Positions 9,531 to 21,800 of a DNA stretch of 64,000 nucleotides are shown here, piece by piece (position 1 is the stretch's first letter; each line of letters opens with the position of its first letter). Both the position numbers and the translations under genes were made by a program. The DNA is taken from IMG/VR virus record IMGVR_UViG_3300035181_000357, positions 124,001-188,000 of that record; one strand, 5' to 3'. The notes below the pieces were generated by a model that did not search any database, had not been told where the DNA came from, and worked only from the letters and a program-made list of their open reading frames with translations.

Positions 9531-12500
9531 GTGGTAGGAACAACTATGGCGATAACATTTACTCTAAATTTTAATTCCGTACAGAACCTAGTATATACAC
9601 TGAGTAACAGTGTAGCTAGGATAGCTGCTGTTACAGCGGGTTCTAGTGGCCAGTTAGCCACTATATCTGGAGCTACTGGTGCCTCGGGGACTATAAACTG
9701 GTCTCTATCCAATGCCCCAACATGGCTTACTATCAATAGTTCTGGGATAGTCTCATTCGCTGGAGTAGATGTCCCAAAGATTGGGATATACAACATCTCA
9801 ATCCTGGCAACAGATTCTGGAAATCCAACCAATTTTTCTCTGTATCCTATCACCTTGGAAGTTCTACCAGCTTTCGACCTAAGAGAGTCTGGGAGTTTAA
9901 CAGCAATAACAGCAACAGCCTTGGATGCTTCTCTATCCAACGACATCTTGGCATATGGTGCGGATGGTGTAACTCCTCTGACAGATGTAGAGATTTTGGT
10001 CGTTGGGTCTCTGCCAAGCGGATTAAATCTAAGAACTACTAAAGATTCGGCCACATTATATGGTGATCTGAGTTCATTAACCGATCTTCGTGGTGGTATT
10101 AAATCTGTCGGGTTAAGTCAGAATGTTCAGTTAAGGGCTTTTAAACCTGGAACCTTTTATGATCACCCAGATAGAGCAGCTCTACTAACACTAACTTATA
10201 ATGTATCTGATGCAACACCGGGGTCGATAGAAACTGCAATCTCTGGATACGTAGATTCTGTTTCTAGTCCCTTCATTAGATTACATGCTAGACCAGAAAT
10301 TAAACTAGGTAAGGGAACTGTCACCACATACGCTTGGACAGCTTCTGGAACTGCAACTGGTTCATTCTTAGATTCTGCAAATGCTGCTACTACAACATGG
10401 TCCCCAACCAGTACAGGCCAAGTAATCTTCAATCTCGTTGTCGGTGCTACTGGGGCCTCTGCTCCATCGTTTGCTGCTGATAGCTTAACCTTAGATATAG
10501 CAACTGGAACCAATTGGACATCAACTGGGAAACTTAAGATTGTACCAGCAGATACCACTAAGTTGGAGACTCAAGGGTATTCATCTGAAGTAACTATCTT
10601 TGGAACCAAGTTAACCGATCTTCAGACAGGACAGACTGCAACATTGACTCCAACCGTAGTCGCTGTTGGTACTGCCCCTGTAGCATCTGCTCCTGTGATC
10701 TCGATTCTTGGGACACCAGATAACACTTATACTGATACTAATTCCACCAACGGGGATATTGCTGAAGTAGCTTTCACAATACCAGCTGGTGCCATCATCG
10801 GTGATAAATATGTTATCACTATCGCAGCCGATACTGGTGCAGGTCGTGTTGGAACTTTAGTATACTACGTCCTGTGTACAGGAAATCAAAAGATAGTAAT
10901 CACCCCATCCACCTCTACGATCTCTATAAATAATGGTGTTACGTATACTTCTCTGGCTCCTATTGTCACTATGACAAGCTCCCAATCTGGTGTTTCATTC
11001 GCTTTAGTAAATGCACCAGCAGGATTGTACATTGATGCAAATGGGAATATCCTAGGAAAAGCTTATAAGGGTGGTACAGGTGTAATGCGGGTTTACTATG
11101 GTAAATCCTCATTCTTATATGAAGATTATATTACTATCTCATATACTGTAACAGAGGTAGTTGGTCTCATTAGTCCAACATTATCTACCCCAACCCCTAC
11201 TATCGCAGCTGGTACAAACCTAAAAATTGATTGGGGATTCACTGGTACAGCTACAAATTTCTATATCAAGAGAGATAATGATACAGAGATTACCCTAGCT
11301 GGTAATATTACTACCTATACATTCAATGCCGTAACCACAAACACCGTTATTGGTCTACGTGCTGTATCTGCTGTAGGAGAATCCTTTGCTGCTCCTCTTG
11401 AGGTATTAGTAGGGGCCACTACTGTCACTAGAATACCACAGTCTCCAACTATTGCATATTTATACCAAGACAACATCCTGGAACTCAACTGGTCTCCAAC
11501 CCAGATTGGAGCCGATACAACATATAGTTTATATTCTAATTGGGCTATCTGGACTAGATATAATTCTGGTGGTATTGAGAATCTCGTCGCTACTCTTACT
11601 GGTAAAGAATCTGGTGGTACAGACACTGCTAGAAATGCAACTCTATCACTAGTAACCAATCCCCCAGGAGCTCTGGATACTGTATATGTTGATATGCAGG
11701 CCATTTCCAGCAGCCCAACATCTGTTCTGAGTTCTTTTAGATGGAATAAATCTGATGGAAATGCTCCCTTTGGGATGTTATCATTCCCAAGATTTGGAAC
11801 TGTCGTACTAGATAAGAACACTGCATCCAAAGCAGAACCAATCAAAGTCACTATAGCTGGATTTACTGGTGATAAATGGCGTGTGGTATTTGCTGATGGC
11901 TCTACTACATCTTTTCTACCTATGTCTGCAACCTCTACAGTAATCTCTTTCGTTACTGGTGGGACAAATGAAAATATCAGAATTGAAGTAGAATCTGATT
12001 ACTCCTCAAGTCTACCAAGCGTTAGATTACGAAGCGTCGTTAAAAAGAGTGTGTTCGTTATCGATCAAGATTATGTAGTACCATCTTCTACTGATCCTCT
12101 CGGGAATGTTGGATTTGGTGGTGATGCAGGATTTGAAATAACAGATGCGAACTCTGGATTAGTGACACTACAACCCTATATATCCATCGTTAGATCGTTG
12201 GTAAAGGATGAAGTAACCAATGAATTGAAATTGATGGTAGCTACTTCTAGAACCCAGGATAGTTCAAGTTCAATGGGTACTATGGCTATCGATGTGTTTC
12301 CAATCTTGGGAAGACCCCATATCAAGGACTTGATCAAGCCTCTACCAAGTATCACATATGATGCTCAGATCTTAAATCCTGTAAAGATTTCGACAGATTT
12401 GATTCAAGATATCATCATCGGCCAATTCGTAGAAATCAAGATGGTAGCTTCTGGTGGTACAGGACCGTTCAGTTGGTATGCAGATTCTCTCCCTACAGGA

Positions 12501-15500
12501 TTGAGTATTAGTACAGATGGTACTATCTATGGTTCTGTTTTCCAACTTGGGACATTCACAATTACTGTTTCTATTGCTGACAGTTCAGATCCAGCATTCA
12601 TTGATGAGAAGATATTCAATCTCGTTGTCAAGAGTGATTTAGCTGTCCAGACTTCTAGTGTACCAGCTGCTGCAACTAATTCAATGTACAGTCAGGTTCT
12701 TCTACCATCTGGTGGGGTAGGACCATTCCAATGGTCTCTAGTAGGTGGAGAGCTCCCTCTAGGGTTGACTGTAAATGTTGAAACTGGTGAAATAAGAGGA
12801 CGTGCCACTACATATAATAGTGTTTCAGATTTCTTAAAGACCTACACCTTTGTAGTACAGGTAGTAGATTCTGTCGGAGCAAAAGCAAGTAGACAACTAA
12901 CGATGGTTCTAAATCCATCTGTCTTGACAGTATCTGATCTCGATCAGCCTGTTATTTATCGAGGTGAGAAATTCAGACTGACTTCTAATATCTATGGTGG
13001 AAAAGCACCATACACAAATCTAACTGTGACAGATGGTACTGGGGTTTTAACTACTGTAAATAGTCATATTCACGATGGTGTGATTGAATTCGATGTCCCT
13101 GAAACCGTTACTACTGGGAACTACACTTTCTCTGTATCTGTAACAGACGATCTGGGTACTGTATTATCCAAGACTCTCCTATACTCAGTACGACCATATA
13201 TTGGAGAATTCAGAGTTGTCGGTTCATACATTGATAACACCTACAACACTACAGAAAGTGCTGATCATTTCATCCCTGTTACCACAGTAGCAGGTGCAGT
13301 AACCACGCTGACCGCTCCAGCTGCTCCTTTATCGAATGGGTTAACAGTCACATATAATGACACTACAAAACAGATAAATGTAAAGGGTCCCATAACAGTT
13401 GGTGGGAATCTCGAATTCCCTGTAGCATTTTCTATCACAGGAACAGCCTTCGATGGTGCACTGACTAAAGTGTTCACAATGAATGGTTCTACAGGCCTTG
13501 GAACAAAGGCAAGTCCAACAACTCAGACTATAACACCAAAGCCATATAAGGTAGGATCGTTAGTAACCCTAGATGCCAACCGTCCATACTACAATTCCTC
13601 AACAAACTCTGGAAATTCTCTATTATATACTAGAGTTCAACCAGGACAAACTCTTCCAGCAGGTCTCTCTCTAGATATGAAGACCGGACTCGTATATGGA
13701 ATCGTTGAAAACAATTTAGTTACCTCTACCATCCTTGAAAGGGTTGTCATCACTACGAATGATGTGGTTGGTGTAATAACCATCAATTTCAATATCAAGG
13801 ACGATAAGTCTCTCATCTTAGATACCAGCAATTTGGGTGTTGCGAAAAGAGGATTACCATATACAGGTTCGATCGTTGCTCAAGCTCCTGCAACTGGTCC
13901 TCTTACTCTCACTATTATTAAGGGACAACTTCCAGCAGGTATCTCAACTTCTATCACTGGTACTACGATCAATTTCTCAGGAACACCAACTGTCGGTGGA
14001 TATACAGACATCTGGATGGAGGTTCAGGATCTCTTAGGAGATAAGGAACTCTTGTATAAGAGATTTGAAGTAAGCTATTCTAACGCTGTAAGTCTTCAGA
14101 CATCTAGTATACCCCTCATCATCCAGAATACAGCATATAGTTTCCAACTATCTGCGATCGGTGGTACTACCCCATATACATATGCTACAACATCTGGAAC
14201 TCTCCCAGCAGGTATAACCATATCCTCTACTGGTCTAATTTCTGGTACTACTACAGTAGTAGATTATAACTCAGATATAACTTTCCAGGTGACAGATAGT
14301 AGTTTATCTACAGATTCTAAGATCTTTAATGTTAAAACAGATCCTGGCTATACCATCACTACGGTAACAGGAACAAGTTCTGTAGGTAACTGGCCACAAG
14401 ATCAGCAGGATCTATCGACGATCCAAAGAGTTAATCTTCCGATAGTACCTACATTGCCTGGTGTTCCTATTCCTGTAAATCAGCTATTGCTGGCCTTTAC
14501 AGTTAGGATTGTCGGACTTGATAGTGTAAATACTAATGTGTCCGTTGATGATCCCAACTTGACTGCAACTCTAGTTACAACTCAGATAGAGAATGGTGGT
14601 CTAGTAGGATATGCTAGAATCACAAATCCTGCTAAGACTGCTCCAACTACACTAGGAATATCTGGAACAAGAAATTTCAATCTGACTGTATCAAACCCAT
14701 TAACAGGAAGATCTAAGACACAAACTCTTACCTATGTGGTCCTTCCAGTCAGTGGTACTACTGGCATGTTGGAGGTAACTACCAATGATGGATATAATGT
14801 CGTAACTCCAAGAACAGGTCAGAATGAATTAGCATTCATGGAAACCTACCCTGTAAATGTAAATATACAGACTAATAATGTATCTACATATACGACATTT
14901 ATCGCTGGGTTAGACCTTACTACGTATCCAATGGATGTAGTATCCCTAGGTCTCATCTCCGTAGTAGATAGTACGCCTGGACTATCTGGGAGATTCTCCT
15001 TTGAATACTTCGGGGTAACAGGGGGACAAGCCCAGATAAAGATGAATTACCTTGGATCAGAGTTTGGAACACCAACTCCTGGCCAATACTTAAAACTAAG
15101 AGTTAATGATGTAGCATTCTTAGATACTACATCTGGCCCAAATTATGTGATGGATGTTTTTACAGGGACTCTAAGTGTCGTAGCTCCTAGAGAGATAACT
15201 CTCAATGTCCTACAACTTGTAAAAGTATCTCCAATATCCACTACTACCAGTATATTCCTAAATGAACCATATACTTTCCAGGTCAATTTTGACGCCCCAT
15301 TAAATATAGCTCAGAACCCAACATTCACTTGGAGTGGATTGCAGGGTGTGTCTAGTGAATCTTTTATCTTGAATGCTAGTGGACAGAAAATAGGGTATAA
15401 GATTCAAGGTCTCTGGCCTAAGAACAATGCAGAAACATATCCTAAGTTGTATAACATCGGAATCATGATGGGTGAGACTCTCAAGTTTACTAATGGATTT

Positions 15501-17567
15501 GGGAATGCTGCTCCTGTTGCTATGGTACATTTCAATAGTTTGATCTCAACCACAGTTCTAGAAAATAATAATGCGCTAAATGTGACACTCAATCCTTGGG
15601 ATACGTCATCTCAACTCGTAGGAAACTTTAATATTTATGCTTCTGGTGCTTCTTATAATTATGACCCTGGTATTATTCCAACCCCACCAACTGTCATAGT
15701 AGGAAATGGTATAAGCTCAGGTAACTATAAATTAAAGTTATATGGTACAGACACAACAAATCCTATCTGTGGATACAGTCTCTTAAATCTCCCCAATAAT
15801 CTTCAATTCTATATCAACGGTTCATATTTCACTGAACAGCAAATGGCAACAGCAATCCCAACTGGAGGCTTAGCAGCTACTGCATCTCCATCTTTAGGAT
15901 CTTTGGCATCTCTCTGGTCAACCCCAGTTCCAGGATTCTCGAATGGGTTGAATATGTATACATTCCCAACACCTTCTGTCCCAGTTGCTACTGATTACTC
16001 GACAATAGATAATATCATTACTAATGCTATTCCAATACAAAAATATACGATACCAGTTAAGATGGAAGTACAAGAATTGACTTCTGATAAATTGGCAACT
16101 GGGTATGGGAATTTAATACTAGAACCAAGCTGCTCTTATGATCACTGGCGTAGTAGTTATATGGTAGTTCGTCATATAGCTTCTGGTGTTGCTACCACTC
16201 CTGATACTTTTGAAGTCCTGGGATACTATTATGATGCTAATAATCCAACCGATTATGTATCTGCTACATTCCCTGTAGATGGGAGAACTTATTTCTCCTT
16301 GTCTGAAACTACGAAGATCTATATTATAGGACAAATTCCATATCTGGCTACTCCTACAGAAAGATTCTCTAGAGTAACTTGGACAGGTGGTGGTGCAGCT
16401 TGTACTGTAACGCATGATACTATCACGAATGATCCAGTGTTCACTAAGATCAACAACTATGGTCTGTACCTGAAGGATCCTCATACAGGAGTCCTATATA
16501 CAGAGGGTAGATTCTATACCAACAATTATAACAGTTATACAGTAACATTAGGGGATCTTAACCAATATATCCTAACTTACGATTTATTCACAGGATCAGC
16601 AACTGACCCAACCTTTGCTACCTGGCACACTGGTGGTGTTGGAAGGAAACAAGGAAGGATGAAGTTCAAGCCTCTTCATTCTGTAATCTCTACTGTTGGT
16701 GGAGGTGGAGGTGGAGGTGGTTGCGTCCCTGGGTCTGCTCTGATCACAATGTCGGACAAATCCAAGAAGAAAGCCTCTGAGATAGTAGTTGGAGACATAG
16801 TTCTGTCTTATAACTCTCTGTCTAAACAGAATGAGGACAAGAAAGTAACAGATGTGATTCATAAGGGTTTACAGAAGATCTATGAACTAGTATGTAGCAC
16901 ACAGATCTCTAAGGTTTCAGAACACCACAGAGTGTTTGAAGTTGAAACCGAGACATTCTTTGAAGCCAGATCAATGGTACAGGGTAACATCCTTAAGACT
17001 GAAGATTCTTCTATGGTCTTATTGGATTCTGTCGATACTGGGAAATATGAAGATGTGATGACTTTTACTGTTGAAGACAACCATAATTACTATGCAGATA
17101 GTATCTTAGCACATAATAAGATTGTACTTGATTGTGTTCCTAGTGGCTCTAGAGTAACTATGGGGGATGGATCCTATAAGAACATCGAAGAACTTGAGAT
17201 TGGGGATCAGGTAATGTCCCTGAATCAGAAGACTAAGAAGTTCGAAGTAGATACTGTAGATTCTAAGTTTAAGACTGTGACCCCCAATCTGATAAATGTC
17301 GTTACAGAAGATGGAGATCACCTATCAATGACTCCTAATCACTCTCTATATACTGGGTCTGGTTGGGTCTTTGCTTCTAATCTCGTCGTCGGTTCAGATA
17401 TTTATAAAGCCAAGGATGGTACAGAAAAGGTAGTCAAGGTAACTAGTCTCAAAACTGCTGAAGCCAAGGATCCTTGGGTATATCTCTGTGAGATCAAGAA
17501 GAATCACACTTTAGTAGTCGATGATTTCGTATGCCATAACATTAAATACAAAGACTACACCCTATAA
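9531..17567 (+). CDS. Giant Ig-like-repeat (He_PIG-like) virion adhesin/fibre with two tandem C-terminal Hint domains
   Basis: About eight LP(A/T/S/L)G(L/I)...G.I.G repeats; poly-Gly linker then CVPGSAL...LAHN (16722-17117) and CVPSGSR...VCHN (17133-17540); likely start ATG 9546. Confidence 0.8.
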   Translation: MVGTTMAITFTLNFNSVQNLVYTLSNSVARIAAVTAGSSGQLATISGATGASGTINWSLSNAPTWLTINSSGIVSFAGVDVPKIGIYNISILATDSGNPTNFSLYPITLEVLPAFDLRESGSLTAITATALDASLSNDILAYGADGVTPLTDVEILVVGSLPSGLNLRTTKDSATLYGDLSSLTDLRGGIKSVGLSQNVQLRAFKPGTFYDHPDRAALLTLTYNVSDATPGSIETAISGYVDSVSSPFIRLHARPEIKLGKGTVTTYAWTASGTATGSFLDSANAATTTWSPTSTGQVIFNLVVGATGASAPSFAADSLTLDIATGTNWTSTGKLKIVPADTTKLETQGYSSEVTIFGTKLTDLQTGQTATLTPTVVAVGTAPVASAPVISILGTPDNTYTDTNSTNGDIAEVAFTIPAGAIIGDKYVITIAADTGAGRVGTLVYYVLCTGNQKIVITPSTSTISINNGVTYTSLAPIVTMTSSQSGVSFALVNAPAGLYIDANGNILGKAYKGGTGVMRVYYGKSSFLYEDYITISYTVTEVVGLISPTLSTPTPTIAAGTNLKIDWGFTGTATNFYIKRDNDTEITLAGNITTYTFNAVTTNTVIGLRAVSAVGESFAAPLEVLVGATTVTRIPQSPTIAYLYQDNILELNWSPTQIGADTTYSLYSNWAIWTRYNSGGIENLVATLTGKESGGTDTARNATLSLVTNPPGALDTVYVDMQAISSSPTSVLSSFRWNKSDGNAPFGMLSFPRFGTVVLDKNTASKAEPIKVTIAGFTGDKWRVVFADGSTTSFLPMSATSTVISFVTGGTNENIRIEVESDYSSSLPSVRLRSVVKKSVFVIDQDYVVPSSTDPLGNVGFGGDAGFEITDANSGLVTLQPYISIVRSLVKDEVTNELKLMVATSRTQDSSSSMGTMAIDVFPILGRPHIKDLIKPLPSITYDAQILNPVKISTDLIQDIIIGQFVEIKMVASGGTGPFSWYADSLPTGLSISTDGTIYGSVFQLGTFTITVSIADSSDPAFIDEKIFNLVVKSDLAVQTSSVPAAATNSMYSQVLLPSGGVGPFQWSLVGGELPLGLTVNVETGEIRGRATTYNSVSDFLKTYTFVVQVVDSVGAKASRQLTMVLNPSVLTVSDLDQPVIYRGEKFRLTSNIYGGKAPYTNLTVTDGTGVLTTVNSHIHDGVIEFDVPETVTTGNYTFSVSVTDDLGTVLSKTLLYSVRPYIGEFRVVGSYIDNTYNTTESADHFIPVTTVAGAVTTLTAPAAPLSNGLTVTYNDTTKQINVKGPITVGGNLEFPVAFSITGTAFDGALTKVFTMNGSTGLGTKASPTTQTITPKPYKVGSLVTLDANRPYYNSSTNSGNSLLYTRVQPGQTLPAGLSLDMKTGLVYGIVENNLVTSTILERVVITTNDVVGVITINFNIKDDKSLILDTSNLGVAKRGLPYTGSIVAQAPATGPLTLTIIKGQLPAGISTSITGTTINFSGTPTVGGYTDIWMEVQDLLGDKELLYKRFEVSYSNAVSLQTSSIPLIIQNTAYSFQLSAIGGTTPYTYATTSGTLPAGITISSTGLISGTTTVVDYNSDITFQVTDSSLSTDSKIFNVKTDPGYTITTVTGTSSVGNWPQDQQDLSTIQRVNLPIVPTLPGVPIPVNQLLLAFTVRIVGLDSVNTNVSVDDPNLTATLVTTQIENGGLVGYARITNPAKTAPTTLGISGTRNFNLTVSNPLTGRSKTQTLTYVVLPVSGTTGMLEVTTNDGYNVVTPRTGQNELAFMETYPVNVNIQTNNVSTYTTFIAGLDLTTYPMDVVSLGLISVVDSTPGLSGRFSFEYFGVTGGQAQIKMNYLGSEFGTPTPGQYLKLRVNDVAFLDTTSGPNYVMDVFTGTLSVVAPREITLNVLQLVKVSPISTTTSIFLNEPYTFQVNFDAPLNIAQNPTFTWSGLQGVSSESFILNASGQKIGYKIQGLWPKNNAETYPKLYNIGIMMGETLKFTNGFGNAAPVAMVHFNSLISTTVLENNNALNVTLNPWDTSSQLVGNFNIYASGASYNYDPGIIPTPPTVIVGNGISSGNYKLKLYGTDTTNPICGYSLLNLPNNLQFYINGSYFTEQQMATAIPTGGLAATASPSLGSLASLWSTPVPGFSNGLNMYTFPTPSVPVATDYSTIDNIITNAIPIQKYTIPVKMEVQELTSDKLATGYGNLILEPSCSYDHWRSSYMVVRHIASGVATTPDTFEVLGYYYDANNPTDYVSATFPVDGRTYFSLSETTKIYIIGQIPYLATPTERFSRVTWTGGGAACTVTHDTITNDPVFTKINNYGLYLKDPHTGVLYTEGRFYTNNYNSYTVTLGDLNQYILTYDLFTGSATDPTFATWHTGGVGRKQGRMKFKPLHSVISTVGGGGGGGGCVPGSALITMSDKSKKKASEIVVGDIVLSYNSLSKQNEDKKVTDVIHKGLQKIYELVCSTQISKVSEHHRVFEVETETFFEARSMVQGNILKTEDSSMVLLDSVDTGKYEDVMTFTVEDNHNYYADSILAHNKIVLDCVPSGSRVTMGDGSYKNIEELEIGDQVMSLNQKTKKFEVDTVDSKFKTVTPNLINVVTEDGDHLSMTPNHSLYTGSGWVFASNLVVGSDIYKAKDGTEKVVKVTSLKTAEAKDPWVYLCEIKKNHTLVVDDFVCHNIKYKDYTL

Positions 17568-17576
17568 GAGATAAAT

Positions 17577-18146
17577 ATGCCATTTAATTTTCTAGGAACG
17601 ATGACAGAGAAGGATAAGAGAGATCTCAATACCTGGGTCGTCGCTAGATATAAATATTTAGCAGATATAAAAATGTTCTATCAGAATAGAGCAGCCCAGT
17701 TACGTAGAAGTTCTGGGCTGCTAAATAAGGTTCTAGTTTCTCGAGGATTCAATCAAACCTTTAAGAAAGAAGCTATGACTGAACCTAAGGGTGGTATTCG
17801 ACTATTATCTGATAGAGATGATCGATTACCAGCTCTTCTAGTATCTAAAGTAAAAGAAAATTTCAGAGATATGCTTCAGGTAGAAGACGAAGCTACCTTT
17901 CAAATGAACAATCTGTGTGTACTAATCGAGAAGATGGAAGATAAGGCTTATATGACCTCCATCTCTGAAAAAGATACTAAAGACGTCTTGGTGGAGTTAG
18001 ATAAACTATTCTCTGATCCAAGGTTTAGGGACGTCCTGTTGGCAGAGAATGATAAATATGAAGGAGAGGCTAGATTCAGAATTGACAGTCTACAGCCTAG
18101 AACTGCATATGAAAAATATCTATCTGAATCTCTGAAGGACGAGTAA
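17577..18146 (+). CDS. Hypothetical protein (baseplate operon)
   Basis: 189-aa ORF tightly packed between structural genes. Confidence 0.6.
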   Translation: MPFNFLGTMTEKDKRDLNTWVVARYKYLADIKMFYQNRAAQLRRSSGLLNKVLVSRGFNQTFKKEAMTEPKGGIRLLSDRDDRLPALLVSKVKENFRDMLQVEDEATFQMNNLCVLIEKMEDKAYMTSISEKDTKDVLVELDKLFSDPRFRDVLLAENDKYEGEARFRIDSLQPRTAYEKYLSESLKDE

Positions 18147-18895
18147 TGAGTTTCGATTTCGATACAATGCCCACATCATGTGACCATTATCAGATCAAAG
18201 AACGAATGCTGATAGATGACACCGATCTTCGAACTCTGGTAGGGTTGAAGATTGGAAGCAGAATGAGAGCGCCGATTAATGGTAAGAGTACTTTTAAACT
18301 TAGGATTAATGGTAAGAATATCCCTGCTAGTCACGATCTGTATGGTTGGACCATATCTGACGATGAACTAAGTATATATCCAGAAAAGAAATCTAAGATT
18401 GTATTCAATAAGCAGGTTCGGTTGAACAACGCATTAATTGAATTAGAATATGTGACTATTAAGGCTTATTGTAGGAAGTGTATCGGGAAAGATCAAGTGG
18501 TAGATATTAAAAAATCTGTCTCTGGGTCTATCCAGAAGATCAAAGATCAAAGAAAATTAGTACAGAGAGTATACAAATATGTCTTAACTTCAAGATGTTA
18601 TTTCTATCCTGAATTGACATGCCAGATAAAAGAATTCGTGGGAAGAAAATTTGGACTATCTCTCACCAATGATGACATTTCTTACGAGATAACAAATTCT
18701 TTATCTAAGATGAAGAAGGTCCAAGAACAACAAGCTCAGATACAAAAGCTAACACAATTAGAAGTTCTCAGAGATATCAGATCTGTAGATGTTCAGAGAT
18801 CTGAAACAAATCCAACACTAGTTTCAGTAGGTCTAGAGGTATTAAATTTTAGTAACGAGACTTCTAAGTTAAATTTTGGAATAAAGGTTCAATAA
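18146..18895 (+). CDS. Probable baseplate wedge subunit, gp25-like C-terminal domain
   Basis: C-terminal IRSVDVQRSETNPTLVSVGLEV pattern; lies directly upstream of baseplate J-like gene. Confidence 0.5.
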   Translation: MSFDFDTMPTSCDHYQIKERMLIDDTDLRTLVGLKIGSRMRAPINGKSTFKLRINGKNIPASHDLYGWTISDDELSIYPEKKSKIVFNKQVRLNNALIELEYVTIKAYCRKCIGKDQVVDIKKSVSGSIQKIKDQRKLVQRVYKYVLTSRCYFYPELTCQIKEFVGRKFGLSLTNDDISYEITNSLSKMKKVQEQQAQIQKLTQLEVLRDIRSVDVQRSETNPTLVSVGLEVLNFSNETSKLNFGIKVQ

Positions 18896-18896
18896 C

Positions 18897-21800
18897 ATGG
18901 CTCAGCTACAAGATATCACAATTCTGTCACCAAGTGTATTGGGTACATCAATCTCTACAGAGGCTGAATTCCTTACCCTAACTCTTAGCTGTGATATAGA
19001 TGCTGATCGTTTAAATATCAAATTTAACAATGTATCTTCTATCCTAGTCTCTGGGGTAATCGTTGGCCCCAATCGCGTATTTGATGTCCCACTAGTCCTA
19101 CCAACAATAGAAGGTTCTTATTCTCTAATAGTACAAGCCATCAACACTACAACTGGTGACCAATCTGCCTTTAAGATCCTCGATATTGTAGTTGCAAAGA
19201 ATCTCGATGGTATAAGATGTCTACCACCATCTGGAGTATCTGTCTCCAGGAGAAAGAATACATGTAAGATCTCCTGGGTAACTCCTGACTATCCTGGATT
19301 CCTTGGTGTGCGAGTGGCTAAAGCCGATTCTGATATCGGACCATTCATAACTATTGGAAATCTAGTAACTAGAGTAACTTCTGTCGTAAAAGATATCATA
19401 AACTCAGAAGTATCTGTGGTGGACAATATCTCATCCGTTATCACTACTACTGTAGATCTTATCTCCAATACTTCTAAATCTGAGATTGAAATCCAGAGGC
19501 TGACTACAGATACTGATACATTCTATGTCGTATTATCCACCCTGGTCCAAGACCCAGACTCCAAACATATCTTTGAGTCACAGTATAACGGTCCTATTAA
19601 ATGTGGGTATGTGGATCTTAAGAAGGTATCTCCACAAGATTTTCTAGCCCTTCAGAATCAAGAAGACATCGCCACCAGAATGATCTCACAGATAAATACA
19701 ACTAACCCAGACCTAGATCTTAGTCCTAGATCTGAGATTCGAGATCTGATGATAGATCCATTATCTGCTGAGTTATCTAATGCCAGTATTCGAGTTTGGT
19801 TTGATCAAATTTCTAGATCGATCTCAGCATTGGCTCAGATTGATGACATGGATAATGATGGTGTATCTGATCCTGTGGCTTCAAGTGATGTTAAACAAAG
19901 TATAGCTAATGCCTTCTCACTCCCAATCGACAGTGTTCAACCATATATTGATTCTCAGTTTGATATATTCGCCGATTCAAAGGGTACACCACGGCTTGCT
20001 GCTACTACTGCTATCGGATCTGTTAAAATTTATTCTGTATACAAACCAACTCAGAGAGTTGAGATCCTAGTTAATGGACTAGTTGCCACTGTGAAGGATG
20101 AACAAACCCCTTCTGTCAACTTTATTCTAAGAGGGTCAGCTGTAATAGATCCCTCGAATGCTGATGCCCTTTATAATCAAGCTAAGAATCGTTGGGAAGT
20201 AAGTATCCCAATTGAATGTGATTCTGCTGGATCCATAGGAAATGTTGGAGCTGGTACGATTCGTCGTGTCATTTCTGGTGTTCCGAGTGGTTGGCAAGTC
20301 ATCAATGATGAGGCTACTGATTTTGGTTGGGATCAAGAGACTAACTCAAATCTCGCAGCAAGAATAATGGATAGAATGATCGTAGGAGTAGACTCTGGAA
20401 CCAAGATGGGTCTTAAGTCTGTTTCTAAGGCCATTCCTGGTATTCTAGATGTTAAAATAGTGGGAGCCAACGATCAAGAAATGCTACGAGACTGGGATCC
20501 CATCAGAGACAAGCATATCTATGGTTCCGTTGATGTCTATGTGAAGGGTATTACGAAATCGGAAATAGTGAATAAAACACCCTTTGGATTTGGAAATAGT
20601 ACCTCTGTATCTGGATTATTCTCTTCATATGTTGCAATGACAAGGGATTCCCTAGGAGATGGGATCCTACCTATAAGGTATAGAATATCAAATCCAGAAC
20701 ACTATGCTAATAAAGCTCTCGCTATAGTAGAACTGTATATGGACAAGGGTAGCTCATCCAGTTTCTACCTAGATGTATCAAATTCTACTGTAGATGAGAA
20801 CGGTGTATTCTCCATCGATCCAATGGGAACACCATTTAAGATGGTTGGTGGCGAACCTCAAAATATGTCTGGAACCAACTACGGTGTTCTGTCCAGCAAT
20901 ACTGGTGCTATCGCAAGAGGGTTCTTAAGATTCAAGACAGGAGTAGATCATACTCCAGCTACACAGCCCGTATATTCTGTATCCTCTATATCTGGCGAGA
21001 CTGGTAAGATCGGAGTAATCGATAGTAGAAAATATAGAGTAGTGAAATCCTCAGATCCTCTATTATCTGGGAACTCAGATGCTTCTTCTGATCGAATCGT
21101 AGTAGATCAGACATTAGTACCAGATTATAAGGTCCTGCAATTCGTATCAGACAATGAATCCAAGTTAGTAGACACTGGAATATTCTTAACTAATGAGGAT
21201 TTCCTCATCGTAAAAGATAGTGCTGATCCCTCTATTAAATATGTAAAAGGAACCCACTATAATATCGTACCATCTGGTAGATATAATACATATAATATCG
21301 TAAGATTAACAGGAGCCACCACTCCTATCCCACTAAATACAGACTTCGTGGTAGGATATAATAGGCTAAACTTAAGAGAATCTATCACAAAGGTAACAGA
21401 GACTCATACTGTATCCCTGAATCCTGTCTATTTTGATAACAACGGATTCATAGATAATATCTGGCTACCAGAAACTTACAAGTTAACCGACTTGATCACA
21501 GATGTTAATTTAGTATCTATCCCAAGAGCAAAGCGTTATATCAAAGTTATGTATGATAACGGTTCCGGTGCTGTAGCTATGAGAGAAGGTACTGACTTCG
21601 CTATACAGACCTTTGCTGATGGTAGTTGTAGTATTTACAGACTAGCAGGTATAGGATCTAGTCTTCCAGAGAATTCTATTGTGACTATAACATTCTATCG
21701 AATCGAGATGTTAGACATCAGATATCTGTACCCAGCGTATGTCACAATGCTTAAGAACAAAATCGAAGACATGAGACATGCCGGATCTGATGTGGTAGTA

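Noticed and set aside
16722-17540. Canonical splicing inteins or homing endonuclease
   Set aside because: No +1 Cys/Ser/Thr after either His-Asn, no endonuclease insert, and located at the C-terminus; treated as BIL/Hint domains
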